Positions 1 to 12,730 of a stretch of DNA of 64,000 nucleotides are shown here, in pieces. The translations under genes and the position numbers were made by a program. Each line of letters begins with the position of its first letter. Positions within the stretch are counted from its first letter, which is position 1. The stretch comes from Verrucomicrobiales bacterium (GTDB lineage: Bacteria > Verrucomicrobiota > Verrucomicrobiia > Limisphaerales > SXTU01). Under the pieces are notes generated by a model. It saw only the letters and a list, made by a program, of their open reading frames with translations. It searched no databases and had not been told where the DNA came from. The stretch is from contig SXTU01000174.1 of assembly GCA_005791875.1 (NCBI GenBank), forward strand, positions 9 to 64,008, read 5' to 3'.

Positions 1-130
1 AGAGGGCCGGGGTGAGGGAGAACGGCCTCGCCGATCCAGAGCGTTTAAACAGGTTCTATCCGTATTTGGTATAATACCAATCCGGAATGAAACCCGGTGG
101 ATTGGCTGGTGGGCCGCGCAGCGCTTTGGC

Positions 131-182
131 TCCTTCTCCCTCTCCCCTCCTCGGAGGAGGGGAGAGGGCCGGGGTGAGGGGT
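131..182. repeat. REP-like palindromic element, family A (CCCTCTCCCC-N4-GGGGAGAGGG plus CCGGGGTGAGGGG tail)
   Basis: Hairpin ccctctcccctcc-tcgg-aggaggggagaggg read directly. The same unit recurs in either orientation at 1-20 (cut by the window edge), 15357-15407, 16401-16445, 16538-16583, 18855-18889 and 18981-19024. Confidence 0.85.
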
Positions 183-313
183 GACGTGCGTGTGCGTGTG
201 TGTCCGCACCCCTCATCCGGCCCTCGGCTCTTGCGTTCCGCCGATTCACGCCGGGACTTGGTATAACGCACCGCGCATTCCAGCCCGCTCTGCGTTACGA
301 CCGGGGCAGTGCT

Positions 314-3300
314 TCAGCGTGCCACCGAGAAGCTCCGCTCGATGCGGGTGAGATTGCCTTGCTTGTCCTTCACGGCGACGACGAGCTGGGCGAGGGGGAG
401 GTTCTTCGCGGGAGAGGTCAGCTTCAGTTCCCACACGCCTTGAGTGAGCGACTGGAATTTCGGTGCGAGGTTTTCGCCGGGGGCGAGGCCGTTCACTGCG
501 AAGTCGGCGGTGATGGTGAGGCTCGCGGGGTCCAGGCCGGTGTCGTAGTCGTGCGCGCCGAGGAGGATGCGGTCGAAGGGCGCGTTCGCACCGACGCGCG
601 GCGTGGTGAGCGTGAGCGTCGGGCGCTGGTCGTCGAGGAACCAGCCGTAGCCGCGCTGGCCGGCGGGCGCGCGGTCGAGGTCAATCGGACAGCCAAGGTC
701 AATCCAGCGCACGAGTGTGAGCCGGTCTTCGTCGGTCAGCGGCGCGACCTTCACCACGCGGCCGTCGGGCAGCTTGTGACCGCCGGCAATGGCATCAGGC
801 GGCGGCATCTGGCTGCCAAGGAAATCGAGGTCGTAGCGGTGGCGGGCCTTGTCGGTCGGCGCGCGCTCGCCCTTCTGCGCGAAGTAGCCCGCGCCCGGCT
901 CCGGCTCGGAGGGATGCGTGTCGTTGGAGAAACCGTCGAGGCGCTCGCCGAAGATTTTCCAGACGAGGAGCGAGCGGCGTGACGCCAGCTTGCGGATGTA
1001 ACGCGAGGCGTTCGGATAACCCCACGAGTCGTAGCCGATGGGCTTGTGGCCGAACTGCGCCTTCTCATCGAGCGCGAGGCGGTAGTAGGTGCCGGGGAAC
1101 TTGCCGCTGTTCTCGCGCGGGACGAGCTGGTCGTCGGCGTCGAGGTCGAGCTTGCCGGCGGGCGTCGTGCCGGACTTGGCGGAGTGGCAGGCGATGCAAC
1201 TGCGTTGGAGAATGGGCTGCACATCGCGCCAATACTCCACGTTGTGCGGGCCGCCGGAGACTTGGCGCAAGCCGGTCTGGTGCGCGGTGTCCCACTTCGG
1301 CTGCGCGGCGTCGGTGCGCTTCGCGGCGAGCAGCGGCGTGGTGTTGACGAGGTCCCACACCTTGTAATCCGGCCGCGCGGCGGCGGTGAGGGCGAAGTCC
1401 GTCGGCTTCTGGCTGTGCGCGTGGCAGCCGCCGCAGTCGTTGCGCAGCTCACCGGGGCGAAGTTGATGCCACGTCTGCGAGGTGTTCAACACCATGCCGC
1501 GCCGGTCGAGCGTCTGGAAGGTGAAGGCGGTGTCGGCGGGAATTTTTGCGAGGAAGCTGGTGTCGGAATTGCCGTCGGGATCACGCGGCTGCTCCGCGTT
1601 CGCACCGCTGAATTTGCGGACGGGAATCTCGCCGAGGATGCGGAGGCGTTCGTTCGCGTGGTTGGAAAAGCGGCGTCCGCTGTCCGCCCCGCGCTGCCGG
1701 TCCGTGGTCGGCTCCATCACGAGGATGCGCAGCGCGTGAATGTCGCTGTTCTCGTAGAGGCCGATGTCGCCGCCTTGATTATGGAGGTTGAGCGGCATGC
1801 CGTTGCCGTGGCTGGTGAAGGCGTCGAGTCCGCGCCACGGGTCTTTGCCGCCCGCGTAGGTGGACGTGACTTGGCCCGGCGGCACGATACCGTTGGGATA
1901 GCTCTCGCGCTTGTAGAGACTCGACGAGCCGATGAGGCCGAACGGCGTGCCCGCCGGTAGATGCTTCGAGAGCGCGCCGTCGTTCGCAAGCGACGCGAGG
2001 CGCTTCGGCTCCTTCACGCCGTAGATGCGCTCGTAGGTCACGACCGCGCGCGGCCAGCCTTCGTTGAAGCTCGGGTCGTTCTTGATGAGCCGCAGTTGCG
2101 CCGGCTCGTCAATCGCCACGCCGCCCTTGAGCAGGTAAAGCCCGCCGTCAATCTGCGGCAGGTGCTTGTATTGGTGGTTCGCCGGGCCGGGCGAATAGAC
2201 GGTGAGCAAGTGATTGTCCGGCGCTCCGGAGGGATGCGTGAACTTGCCGACGGCGGGAGAATTCTTGTCGCCGAGCGTGGACGGTCCGGCGGGGCCGTCG
2301 TCCACGCGGGCGAAGCGCGTGAGCGACTCCGAGCCCGTGGGCATGAACGGTATGCGATACCAAACGCCCTTGCCATTGTAGTGACGGCCGAAACGCCACG
2401 GCGCGTTGCTCGCCATGTGCGCGGGGCCGAATTGCGCCGCGCCCGCCGGCGGCTGCGGCGGCAGCTTGATGAACGCACCGAAGCCGGAGTTGTTCTGGTT
2501 GTAGTATTCCTCGACGACGACCGCGCCCTCCGAGAGCTGCGTCTGGAAGTGAAAGCCGTTCGGAGCGCCGCCGGTGTCGAACGCGCTGACGAGCGGTGCC
2601 CAGCCCGTGCCGTCGGGGTTGATGGTCCACACGCCCCAGAGGATGTCGCCGCGAATGCCTTGCGACTCGAGCGAGCTGAACATGATGCGGCCGTCGGTGA
2701 GCGCGACGGGATGCAGCGCGCCGGCGATGTTGAGATGGCCGATTTTTTCCACGTTGCGCCCGAGGCCGTCATCGGAGTCGTCCATCACGAAGAGCTGGAG
2801 CGCGACCGTGGGATAACCCTTCGAGGGCCGGAACCCGTCGCGGTTGCTGGTGAACGCGAGGCGTCCGCCGGGCAGCGGGCACGGGCCGAGATTGAACACG
2901 CCGTAGTCGAAGTGCGTGCGGCCCGGCTGCGGCTTGCGAAAGTCGTCCGACCATTTCGCCGCGCCGGTGTTGGGCGTGAAGGTCTGGTCCGTGAGCTTCA
3001 CCACGCGCCGGGTCTGGAGGTGGATTTTGAAAATGTCCGCGCCCGACTTGGGCGGCGACCACTGGTTCGCCTTCTGCAAGTTGTAGAGGTGCACGAAGTA
3101 AACCCACTGCGCGTCGAACGACACCACCGGGTCCGTGATGGAGCCGTCGCCGCCCGCGACGAGCAGTTCTTCGCGCCCATCGGGATGCAGCAGCATGAGG
3201 TCCGCGCCTGGCTCCATCGTGACCGGCTGCGAGAAGTCCGTGTAGAAGCGCTTGTGCAGCTCGTCGCCCGCCCGACCCGCGCGGACATAGACGATGTCGT

Positions 3301-3499
3301 AGTCGTAGCGGATGGACTTGTCGGTGGCGATGGCCGGAATGGCGAGGCTGAGGTCGTTGGTGAAAAGGGGTTCACCGGCGACGGCCGGGCGGGGCACCAG
3401 CGGAGTCAGCAGCGACAACAGACCCATGAGCGAGGCCAGGACCGGCAAAAATTTGCGGTGCATCAACCGCATACTGGCGAGGCGCGGGAGTGAGTTCAA
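314..3499 (-). CDS. Large secreted protein (about 1061 aa) with a signal peptide and two CXXCH haem-c-type motifs; function unknown
   Basis: Dominant ORF; every overlapping ORF is a GC shadow frame. The N-terminus MRLMHRKFLPVLASLMGLLSLLTPLVP looks like a signal peptide. Motifs CGGCHAHS and SCIACHSAKSG..GKLDLD are present; the latter resembles the planctomycete cytochrome c motif. Start could be 3499, 3472 or 3463. Confidence 0.8.
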   Translation of the reverse strand: MNSLPRLASMRLMHRKFLPVLASLMGLLSLLTPLVPRPAVAGEPLFTNDLSLAIPAIATDKSIRYDYDIVYVRAGRAGDELHKRFYTDFSQPVTMEPGADLMLLHPDGREELLVAGGDGSITDPVVSFDAQWVYFVHLYNLQKANQWSPPKSGADIFKIHLQTRRVVKLTDQTFTPNTGAAKWSDDFRKPQPGRTHFDYGVFNLGPCPLPGGRLAFTSNRDGFRPSKGYPTVALQLFVMDDSDDGLGRNVEKIGHLNIAGALHPVALTDGRIMFSSLESQGIRGDILWGVWTINPDGTGWAPLVSAFDTGGAPNGFHFQTQLSEGAVVVEEYYNQNNSGFGAFIKLPPQPPAGAAQFGPAHMASNAPWRFGRHYNGKGVWYRIPFMPTGSESLTRFARVDDGPAGPSTLGDKNSPAVGKFTHPSGAPDNHLLTVYSPGPANHQYKHLPQIDGGLYLLKGGVAIDEPAQLRLIKNDPSFNEGWPRAVVTYERIYGVKEPKRLASLANDGALSKHLPAGTPFGLIGSSSLYKRESYPNGIVPPGQVTSTYAGGKDPWRGLDAFTSHGNGMPLNLHNQGGDIGLYENSDIHALRILVMEPTTDRQRGADSGRRFSNHANERLRILGEIPVRKFSGANAEQPRDPDGNSDTSFLAKIPADTAFTFQTLDRRGMVLNTSQTWHQLRPGELRNDCGGCHAHSQKPTDFALTAAARPDYKVWDLVNTTPLLAAKRTDAAQPKWDTAHQTGLRQVSGGPHNVEYWRDVQPILQRSCIACHSAKSGTTPAGKLDLDADDQLVPRENSGKFPGTYYRLALDEKAQFGHKPIGYDSWGYPNASRYIRKLASRRSLLVWKIFGERLDGFSNDTHPSEPEPGAGYFAQKGERAPTDKARHRYDLDFLGSQMPPPDAIAGGHKLPDGRVVKVAPLTDEDRLTLVRWIDLGCPIDLDRAPAGQRGYGWFLDDQRPTLTLTTPRVGANAPFDRILLGAHDYDTGLDPASLTITADFAVNGLAPGENLAPKFQSLTQGVWELKLTSPAKNLPLAQLVVAVKDKQGNLTRIERSFSVAR

Positions 3500-3848
3500 G
3501 CGGCTAGTCGCAGAGTGTCCTCAGGACAGCCGCGGAGCGGCGACAGAAAGTAGTCCACGGCGTAAGCCGTGGGAGAGCGGGGTGGCTTTGGCGAGCCGCA
3601 GCGCGGTGGAAGACCATCCGCCCAGCATGCTCTGGCTGCGGGAATCGGCCGCCCCGCTGGGGCTCACGCTTCGGCGCAGCTACCTCGGGGCTTACGCCCC
3701 GGGCTACTTTCTGCCGCTGCTCCGCAGCCGCGAATTCCGCCTTGTCCAGAGGTCGCCTGCAAGAAACCGAGATGCGCCCAGCCAGAGAGTTTGCCAGAGA
3801 GTTTGCTTGAGGCGAGGGCGCTTCAGTCTATGATTCGGCCAACACATC

Positions 3849-5228
3849 ATGAACACGAAAAAACCTTCCACCCTCATGGCCCCCGTCACCCGCCGCACCT
3901 TCCTCCGCACCGGCGCGGTGCTCACCACCGCCGTCGCCGCACTCTCGCCGGCCGCACGCGCCCAGACCAATGCCAACAGCAAGCTCCGCATTTACCAAAT
4001 CGGCGTCGGCGGCATCGGCGGGATGCAACGCAACGGCTTAAAAGACCACCCACAGGTCGAGTGGGCCGGCTTCTGCGACGTGGACTCCCGTGAGTTGGAC
4101 AAAATCAAGAAGCAGCACCCCAACGCGTGGGCGGTGAAGGATTACCGCGAAGGCTTCGCCAAGCACGTCGCCAACTTCGACGCCGTCATTGTGGACACGC
4201 CCGACTTCCACCACGCGCCGATGATGCTCACCGCGCTTCAGCAGAAGAAACATCTCTACGGCCAAAAGCCGCTGGTGCATCAGCTCTCGGAGCTGCGGAT
4301 GATGCGCGACGCCCTCGCCGCCCGGCCCGGGCTAGTCACGCAAATGGGCAACCAGCGCGCGTGCAACACCGGCCGCATGCAGGCCGTCGAGTTGCTGCGC
4401 AAAGGCCAGCTCGGCAAACCCGTCGAGGCGTGGGTCTGGACCGGCAGCGTCGCGCGCGGCACTTACTTCGCCGACCCGTGGGCGGACTACACGCCCGCCA
4501 AGCCCGTGCCCGATTACCTCGACTGGGACCTCTGGAACGGCCCGCTCGCCAAACCGCTTCCCTACAGCGACGACCTCGCGCCGCGCCGCTGGCGTTCCTT
4601 CTGGGAGACCGGCGGCGGCCAGCTCGCCGACTGGGGCTGTCACTTGCTGGACTTGCTCTACTTCGCCTACGACCTCCCGTCGCCCGAGGCCGTCATCACG
4701 CACACGCCCAAGCCCTCGAAAGTCAGCCACACCTCGCACAACCAGAGCACCATCACCTACCCGGGTCGCGGCCAGTTCGCGCGAGACAAGTTCGTCGTCC
4801 ACTACAACGACGACGCGCTGCTCCCGTCCTTCGCCGCGCTTGGCCTGCCGCCCACGAAGCCCAACGCAAACCACACGATGGTCGTCTGCACCGAAGGCAC
4901 GCTGTTGCTCCAGGCCGACGGCAAAATCACCGTGTTCCGCAAAGGTGAGGTCGTCGCCAACGAGCCGATGCCCGAGACCACGCCGCACCATCACTGGAAG
5001 GACTGGGCCGACAACTGCCTCGGCGCGAAGAAGCATCTCTGGGCCCCGTTGACCATCGGCTGGCGCATCACCGAGCCGGCGTTGCTGGCGGTGAAGGCCA
5101 CGCGCTTCCCCGGTCAGGAACTCCGCTGGGACGGAGCGAATTTCCGGTTCACCAACCACGAGCAGGCCAACCAGGAAATTGTCTCGCGCACCTACCGCGA
5201 GGGCTTTGCGCCACCGACGGTGGCGTGA
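3849..5228 (+). CDS. Gfo/Idh/MocA-family oxidoreductase with a twin-arginine (Tat) signal
   Basis: ATG at 3849. TRRTFLRTGAVLTTAVAALSPAARA is a Tat-type leader. IYQIGVGGIGG is a Rossmann dinucleotide motif. Length 459 aa. Confidence 0.85.
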   Translation: MNTKKPSTLMAPVTRRTFLRTGAVLTTAVAALSPAARAQTNANSKLRIYQIGVGGIGGMQRNGLKDHPQVEWAGFCDVDSRELDKIKKQHPNAWAVKDYREGFAKHVANFDAVIVDTPDFHHAPMMLTALQQKKHLYGQKPLVHQLSELRMMRDALAARPGLVTQMGNQRACNTGRMQAVELLRKGQLGKPVEAWVWTGSVARGTYFADPWADYTPAKPVPDYLDWDLWNGPLAKPLPYSDDLAPRRWRSFWETGGGQLADWGCHLLDLLYFAYDLPSPEAVITHTPKPSKVSHTSHNQSTITYPGRGQFARDKFVVHYNDDALLPSFAALGLPPTKPNANHTMVVCTEGTLLLQADGKITVFRKGEVVANEPMPETTPHHHWKDWADNCLGAKKHLWAPLTIGWRITEPALLAVKATRFPGQELRWDGANFRFTNHEQANQEIVSRTYREGFAPPTVA

Positions 5229-5293
5229 CGCTTTGCGGCACTGCGGCGGCCTGGAACGGAAAAACGTAAAGCCGGCACTGCACGCCTGGCTGG

Positions 5294-6313
5294 CTAGTTC
5301 TTCGCTACGGGTGTCGGCAAGCCCAGCCGCGCGGCAACCCACTGCACCAGCTCCGCAGCGTCGGCGGGGTCGCGCCACTCCTCCAACCGCTCGCGTCGCG
5401 AGTCCGCCAACAGCAGCGCCGCCGCATATGTCGTCCGCGGCACGCCGTCTTCGAGCGTGACGACGACGTCCTCGACTTCCACGGCTTTGATCTTCGCGAA
5501 CGGAATCCGCTTCGGAGCCTTGCGTTCAAACCCGACCGGCAACGTGAGCGTCTGGTTTTGCGTGTCCACCGTCAGGTCGCCCCAGCCCTCGCGCAGCTTG
5601 CTTTTCGCATAGCCCAGCGCCCCGCCGGCCACCACCAGTCCGGCGCTCACGCTGCTAGCAATAAGGCCCGGCTCCATTCCGGTCACAACGCCCACTCCCA
5701 GCGACAGCATGAATCCGATGACCCCCGCCACGGCCGCGCCCACCACCACCGGAGGACACGCCGACAGCGGCAGCACAATCCGCCCGCCGCGCGCAGACGG
5801 CTCCGCCCCGAGGGGCATTGCAAACACGCGCCTTCTCCAGCGGCGATGAAGAGCAACGCCCCAGAACGCCACCATCACGGCGTTGCACGGCGCAAGGAAC
5901 ACGAGCAGGAACAATTCCCCGCCATCAAACCCGCGATGCAGCACCGCCCGCGTCGGGTCCTCGGGGTGGTAATAGACTGTGACCTGCTTGCCGACGGGGT
6001 ATTGCTTGACGAGCCGCCGCGCCTTCTTGCTGCCGCCGGTGAAGCCCCCGCCGAACTGGTAGTCCTTGCTCTCAAACGTCCGCTCCCCCAACGAAAAACG
6101 AAACTGCAGCTCAGCGTTGTAGTGCATTTGCCCTCCCTCATCAGGCCTAGATTCTCTTAGCTGGCTGTATGTCACCGTCCCCGGCGCAGCGCTGAAGCCC
6201 ATCGCCAAAAGTCGCATCGCCATCGTGTGCCCGAGAAAACCATCCGCGGCCAAGGTCAACATCGTCCAGAACACGCCGAAGCAGACGACGGAGAGGTTGA
6301 ATTTGAGCTTCAT
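5294..6313 (-). CDS. DUF3592-like membrane protein
   Basis: Internal ATG at 6313 (MKLKFNLSVVCFGVFWTMLTLAA, a TM helix). The beta-rich segment ends QVTVYYHPEDPTRAVL and is followed by further TM helices, which is the DUF3592 pattern. The ORF-track start at 6439 adds an unlikely Arg-rich leader. Confidence 0.7.
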   Translation of the reverse strand: MKLKFNLSVVCFGVFWTMLTLAADGFLGHTMAMRLLAMGFSAAPGTVTYSQLRESRPDEGGQMHYNAELQFRFSLGERTFESKDYQFGGGFTGGSKKARRLVKQYPVGKQVTVYYHPEDPTRAVLHRGFDGGELFLLVFLAPCNAVMVAFWGVALHRRWRRRVFAMPLGAEPSARGGRIVLPLSACPPVVVGAAVAGVIGFMLSLGVGVVTGMEPGLIASSVSAGLVVAGGALGYAKSKLREGWGDLTVDTQNQTLTLPVGFERKAPKRIPFAKIKAVEVEDVVVTLEDGVPRTTYAAALLLADSRRERLEEWRDPADAAELVQWVAARLGLPTPVAKN

Positions 6314-6471
6314 CACGCCGTTACATATCAGCAGCCGCCAGTTTCTGGAAGGTCGATTCGCCAGCAAACCGTCTAACTCGACATCGGAATGTCGAGCTAC
6401 AGCGGCAGGGTTTCTCCTGCGTTGACCGCTTTCGCCCACTCCGCTTCAATCTCAGATCGATTATTTCGCGC

Positions 6472-9693
<3,222 letters not shown>

Positions 9694-9723
9694 CGCATTC
9701 GGAGTCCTATAAACTTGGCAGGG

Positions 9724-9745
9724 CCGACCTGCTGGTCGGCCGACG
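9724..9745. terminator. GC-rich hairpin between convergent genes (REP-like, possible bidirectional terminator)
   Basis: ggccgacc-tgct-ggtcggcc, a perfect 8-bp stem between the stop at 9693 (+) and the stop at 9796 (-). There is no clear U-tract. Confidence 0.35.
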
Positions 9746-9795
9746 GGCGAAGTGAGGGCAGGCCACGTCCGCGCAGCAGCGCGGCCCTATCGAGT

Positions 9796-10272
9796 TCAGC
9801 GCTTGAGATCGCAAGCCTTGCCGGCTCCTGCACTCCCTCCCTTGGCGAGCGACAGCTTCGGCGCGTTCTCAGGAGTGAGTGGGTTGTGGGTGAAGTTGAC
9901 TGACTGCAATCGCTCGCGCCAGTCGGCGATGAGCGCGCGGACGGTCTCCAAGTCCAGTCGCTCGTGCAGCGCGGGATATGCACGGAAGTTTTCTTCAGCG
10001 AGGCTGAACAGCGCGGCGGCGGGGCGGAGGCGCGGGTATTTCGGGCAGTCCTTTTGCAGGTGAACGAACGCGCCGGCGAGTTGGATGAGGCCCTTGTAGA
10101 AGTTGCCGTTCGGCCCGGGGCGGTCAGTGAGCCAGAGTTCCTCCAGCACGTCGTGCGCTTCATAGAACTGGCCGCGATTGAAGCACGCGAACCAGCCGAG
10201 GTAGTGCGCGTCGAGATCGCAGCCTTGCAGGTCGGCGATGAGGGCGGTGATTTTGGGGGACTTGTGGCTCAC
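9796..10272 (-). CDS. DUF309 domain protein
   Basis: CFNRGQFYEAHDVLEELW is the characteristic DUF309 motif. 158 aa, clean ORF. Confidence 0.75.
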   Translation of the reverse strand: MSHKSPKITALIADLQGCDLDAHYLGWFACFNRGQFYEAHDVLEELWLTDRPGPNGNFYKGLIQLAGAFVHLQKDCPKYPRLRPAAALFSLAEENFRAYPALHERLDLETVRALIADWRERLQSVNFTHNPLTPENAPKLSLAKGGSAGAGKACDLKR

Positions 10273-10281
10273 GCTTCGTGA

Positions 10282-10362
10282 GTAGCAGCCGACGTAAGGA
10301 GGCTCACTTCAAACCGGAGCAACGGAGGCAGCAAATCAGAGCCTCCTCACGTCGGCTGCTAC
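10282..10362. repeat. REP-like long hairpin, family F
   Basis: Arm gtagcagccgacgtaaggaggctc (10282-10305) pairs with arm gagcctcctcacgtcggctgctac (10339-10362) with one mismatch. The right arm overlaps the stop codon of the NIL gene. Confidence 0.8.
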
Positions 10363-10694
10363 GATTCCAGCACGCTGATTTCCACCGGCTCCACCTCGAC
10401 ACCGAGACCTTCCAGCCAGTTGATTGCCACGCGGATCTCCGAGCGCGCGCCTTCGAGTTCGAGGCAGACGATGCCGATGTCCTTGCCCACGCTGACCTGG
10501 CGCAGGTTGAAGATGACCTTGAACTTCTGCCCCAGTTCCCAGATCACCGGGCGCGTGATGAGCGGCGCGGGGAAGGTGAGCCACAGCCGTGACTTGGACT
10601 GGCGCGGATCGGGCGGAAGCTTCGGCTCGGACTTGGCGTCGGGTTTCTTCTTCGTGGCAGGCATTCGTCGCTCCTTCAGTTTAGCCCCCCGCAA
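10359..10694 (-). CDS. NIL-domain protein
   Basis: The WLTFPAPLITRPVIWELGQKFKVIFNLRQVSV..IVCLELEGARSEIRVAINWLEGLGVEVEPV pattern matches the NIL (MetN C-terminal-like) domain. A start at 10664 (MPATKKK) would avoid overlap with the upstream gene. Confidence 0.7.
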   Translation of the reverse strand: MRGAKLKERRMPATKKKPDAKSEPKLPPDPRQSKSRLWLTFPAPLITRPVIWELGQKFKVIFNLRQVSVGKDIGIVCLELEGARSEIRVAINWLEGLGVEVEPVEISVLES

Positions 10695-10956
10695 TCGCCG
10701 GGATGATGCTGATTTCGTCGCCGTCCTTGAGGGGCGTGGCCTGGCTCTGGAGGAAGCGGATGTCCTCCTCGTTCACATACACGTTCACGAAGCGGCGGAC
10801 CTCGCCCTTGTCGTCGAGCAGGCGGTCCTTGATGCCGGGATACTTGGCCTGCATTTCAGCGATGGCCGCGCCGACATTCGCGGCGGTGACGGTGACGAGT
10901 TCCTCGCCGCCAGTGAGCTGGCGGAGCGGGGTGGGGATGCGGACGTTGATGGGCAT
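10681..10956 (-). CDS. MoaD/ThiS-family sulfur-carrier protein ending in Gly-Gly
   Basis: 91 aa, a ubiquitin-like carrier pattern. The C-terminus is ..DGDEISIIPAIAGG followed directly by the stop codon. Confidence 0.85.
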   Translation of the reverse strand: MPINVRIPTPLRQLTGGEELVTVTAANVGAAIAEMQAKYPGIKDRLLDDKGEVRRFVNVYVNEEDIRFLQSQATPLKDGDEISIIPAIAGG

Positions 10957-10959
10957 GGG

Positions 10960-11047
10960 GGAGTGGAGTGTTGAAGTGTTGGAGTGTTGGAGTGTTGTAG
11001 CGGTGGATGAAGATCATAACTTCATCACTCCACTACTCCAACACTCC
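10960..11047. repeat. REP-like imperfect hairpin (GGAGTGTTGGAGTG type)
   Basis: ggagtgttggagtgttg..//..cactccactactccaacactcc lies between the carrier gene and the ThrC-like gene. Confidence 0.6.
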
Positions 11048-11055
11048 GTTTGGTT

Positions 11056-12318
11056 TCAGGCAGTCACAAGTTGTTTTTCCTCGTCCTTCAGCATCGCCTC
11101 GAACTCGCGGAGGCTGGGGCGGATTTCGCGGGTCTGGCCCACGTGGCCGGTCATCGCTTCGAGCGTCTTCAGGCCGTTGCCGGTGATGCAGAGGACGGCG
11201 GAGTCGGTCGCGGGAATCTTGCCGGAAGCGATGAGTTTCTTCGCCACGCCCACGGTCACGCCGCCGGCGGTCTCGGCAAAGATGCCTTCGCACTCGGCCA
11301 GCAGACGGATGCCTTCGCGCACCTCGTCGTCGGTCACGTCTTCGGCGTGGCCGCCGGTCTCCTTCATCACCTTGAGCGCATAGAATCCGTCGGCGGGCGT
11401 GCCGATGGCGAGGCTCTTGGCGATGGTGTTCGGCTTCACGGGCTTGAAGAAGTCGAGGCCCGCCTTCTCCGCCGCGCTGATCGGATTGCAGCCCGTGGCC
11501 TGTGCGCCGTGGATGTGCCAGTTGCCCTCGGACACGAGGCCGAGCTTGGCGAATTCCTGATAACTCTTGTGAATCTTGGTCAGCAGCGAGCCGCTCGCCA
11601 TCGGCACGACGGTGTGCTGCGGTGTGCGCCAGCCGAGTTGCTCGCAAATCTCGAAGCCCATGCTCTTGCTGCCCTCGGCGTAGTAGGGCCGCATGTTCAC
11701 GTTCACGAAGGCCCAGCCGAACTTGCCGGCGATTTCCGCACACAGGCGGTTCACCTCGTCGTAGTGGCCCTTGATGCTGATGACGTTCGCGCCATAGACG
11801 AGCGAGTTGACCACCTTGCCCAGCTCGAGGTCGGACGGGATGAAGACGTAGCTCTTGAGGCCGGCGGCGGCGGCGTTCGCGGCGACGGAGTTTGCGAGGT
11901 TGCCGGTGGAGGCGCAGGCGACTGTCTTGAAGCCCAGTTCCTTCGAGCGGCTGAGGGCGACGCTCACGACGCGGTCCTTGAAGGAAAGGGTCGGGTAATT
12001 GACGGCGTCATTCTTCACCCACAGCTCGCGGATGCCGAGGCGCTTCGCCAAGCGATCCGCCTTCACGAGCGGCGTGTAGCCGACTTGAGTTCCCACGGTC
12101 GGCTCGCCCGCGATGGGCAGCAGCTCGCGGTAACGCCACATCGTGTGCGGGCGTGACTCGATGGCAGCGCGGGTCAGCGACTTCTTGATGCGGTCGTAGT
12201 CGTAGGCGACTTCGAGCGGGCCGAAGTCGAACTCGCAGACGTGCGTGGCGCTGAGGGGATACTCCTTGCCGCACTCGCGGCACTTGAGCGCCTTCATGAA
12301 ACCTTCGTGCTTGTCCAT
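11056..12318 (-). CDS. Threonine-synthase-family PLP enzyme with an N-terminal zinc ribbon (possible homocysteine-forming MetM-like enzyme)
   Basis: 420 aa. CRECGKEY..HVCEF is a zinc ribbon. LSFKDR carries the PLP lysine and there is a glycine-rich PLP loop. It is the first gene behind a SAM-I riboswitch and is followed by a GG-ended sulfur carrier. Confidence 0.85.
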   Translation of the reverse strand: MDKHEGFMKALKCRECGKEYPLSATHVCEFDFGPLEVAYDYDRIKKSLTRAAIESRPHTMWRYRELLPIAGEPTVGTQVGYTPLVKADRLAKRLGIRELWVKNDAVNYPTLSFKDRVVSVALSRSKELGFKTVACASTGNLANSVAANAAAAGLKSYVFIPSDLELGKVVNSLVYGANVISIKGHYDEVNRLCAEIAGKFGWAFVNVNMRPYYAEGSKSMGFEICEQLGWRTPQHTVVPMASGSLLTKIHKSYQEFAKLGLVSEGNWHIHGAQATGCNPISAAEKAGLDFFKPVKPNTIAKSLAIGTPADGFYALKVMKETGGHAEDVTDDEVREGIRLLAECEGIFAETAGGVTVGVAKKLIASGKIPATDSAVLCITGNGLKTLEAMTGHVGQTREIRPSLREFEAMLKDEEKQLVTA

Positions 12319-12410
12319 AACTGTTCTTCTGTGGCGGCAGTCTGCGACCGCCGGTTCCGCGTGCCAGGCCTGCGGCGGTCACAGACCAGCCGCTACAGCC
12401 GCCGCATCGG

Positions 12411-12450
12411 GGCAAAACAAAAGCCCCGACTCATCTGGATGAGAAGGGGC
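12411..12450 (-). terminator. Intrinsic terminator, the expression platform of the SAM-I riboswitch
   Basis: Minus strand reads GCCCCUUCUCAUCCAGAUGAGUCGGGGCUUUUGUUUUGCC, a GC stem followed by a U-run. Its CUCAUC segment competes with the P1 helix of the aptamer. Confidence 0.75.
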
Positions 12451-12470
12451 CGCAAAGACTGCACGCGCTC

Positions 12471-12592
12471 GCTTCTCATCTTTCCCCCGGCCTTGCGGCT
12501 GGAGCTGGAATTAGCACCTGGTCACTGCGGACGCGCCGCAATCGGTTGCCGTGACTTCATCGGGCCAGTCCCTCAGTCACTCTGGATGAGTG
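12471..12592 (-). promoter_or_regulatory. SAM-I (S-box) riboswitch aptamer
   Basis: Minus strand reads CUCAUCCAGAGUGACUGAGGGACUGGCCCGAUGAAGUCACGGCAACC...CAGGUGCUAAUUCCAGC...GGAAAGAUGAG. This matches the conserved S-box core (P1 CUCAUC/GAUGAG, GAGGGA, GGCCCGAUGAA, GCAACC, GUGCUAAUUCC). Confidence 0.9.
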
Positions 12593-12730
12593 TCCGCCTC
12601 GCGGCGAACGGGTGGGAAAGTGGCAGCTACCCGCCGGAAGTGTCAAAGGCTTTTTCATCCGTTCCCGCCGTGAAAGCCTGGCGCGGGAACAGCGCGTGAC
12701 GGCAGGAGAGTCCGCCCACTGCACAGTCCT

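Noticed and set aside
200-3493. Long plus-strand ORFs 200..982, 1046..1960 and 1961..3493 (260-510 aa). Similar long antisense ORFs lie over nearly every gene, for example 7348..8898, 11050..12156, 22762..24045, 25584..26942, 35930..37324, 57906..59312 and 59350..60843.
   Set aside because: They lie antisense or out of frame to ORFs with clear family motifs. They are extremely Arg/Ala/Gly/Pro-rich and have no recognisable motifs. These are typical shadow ORFs of high-GC DNA.
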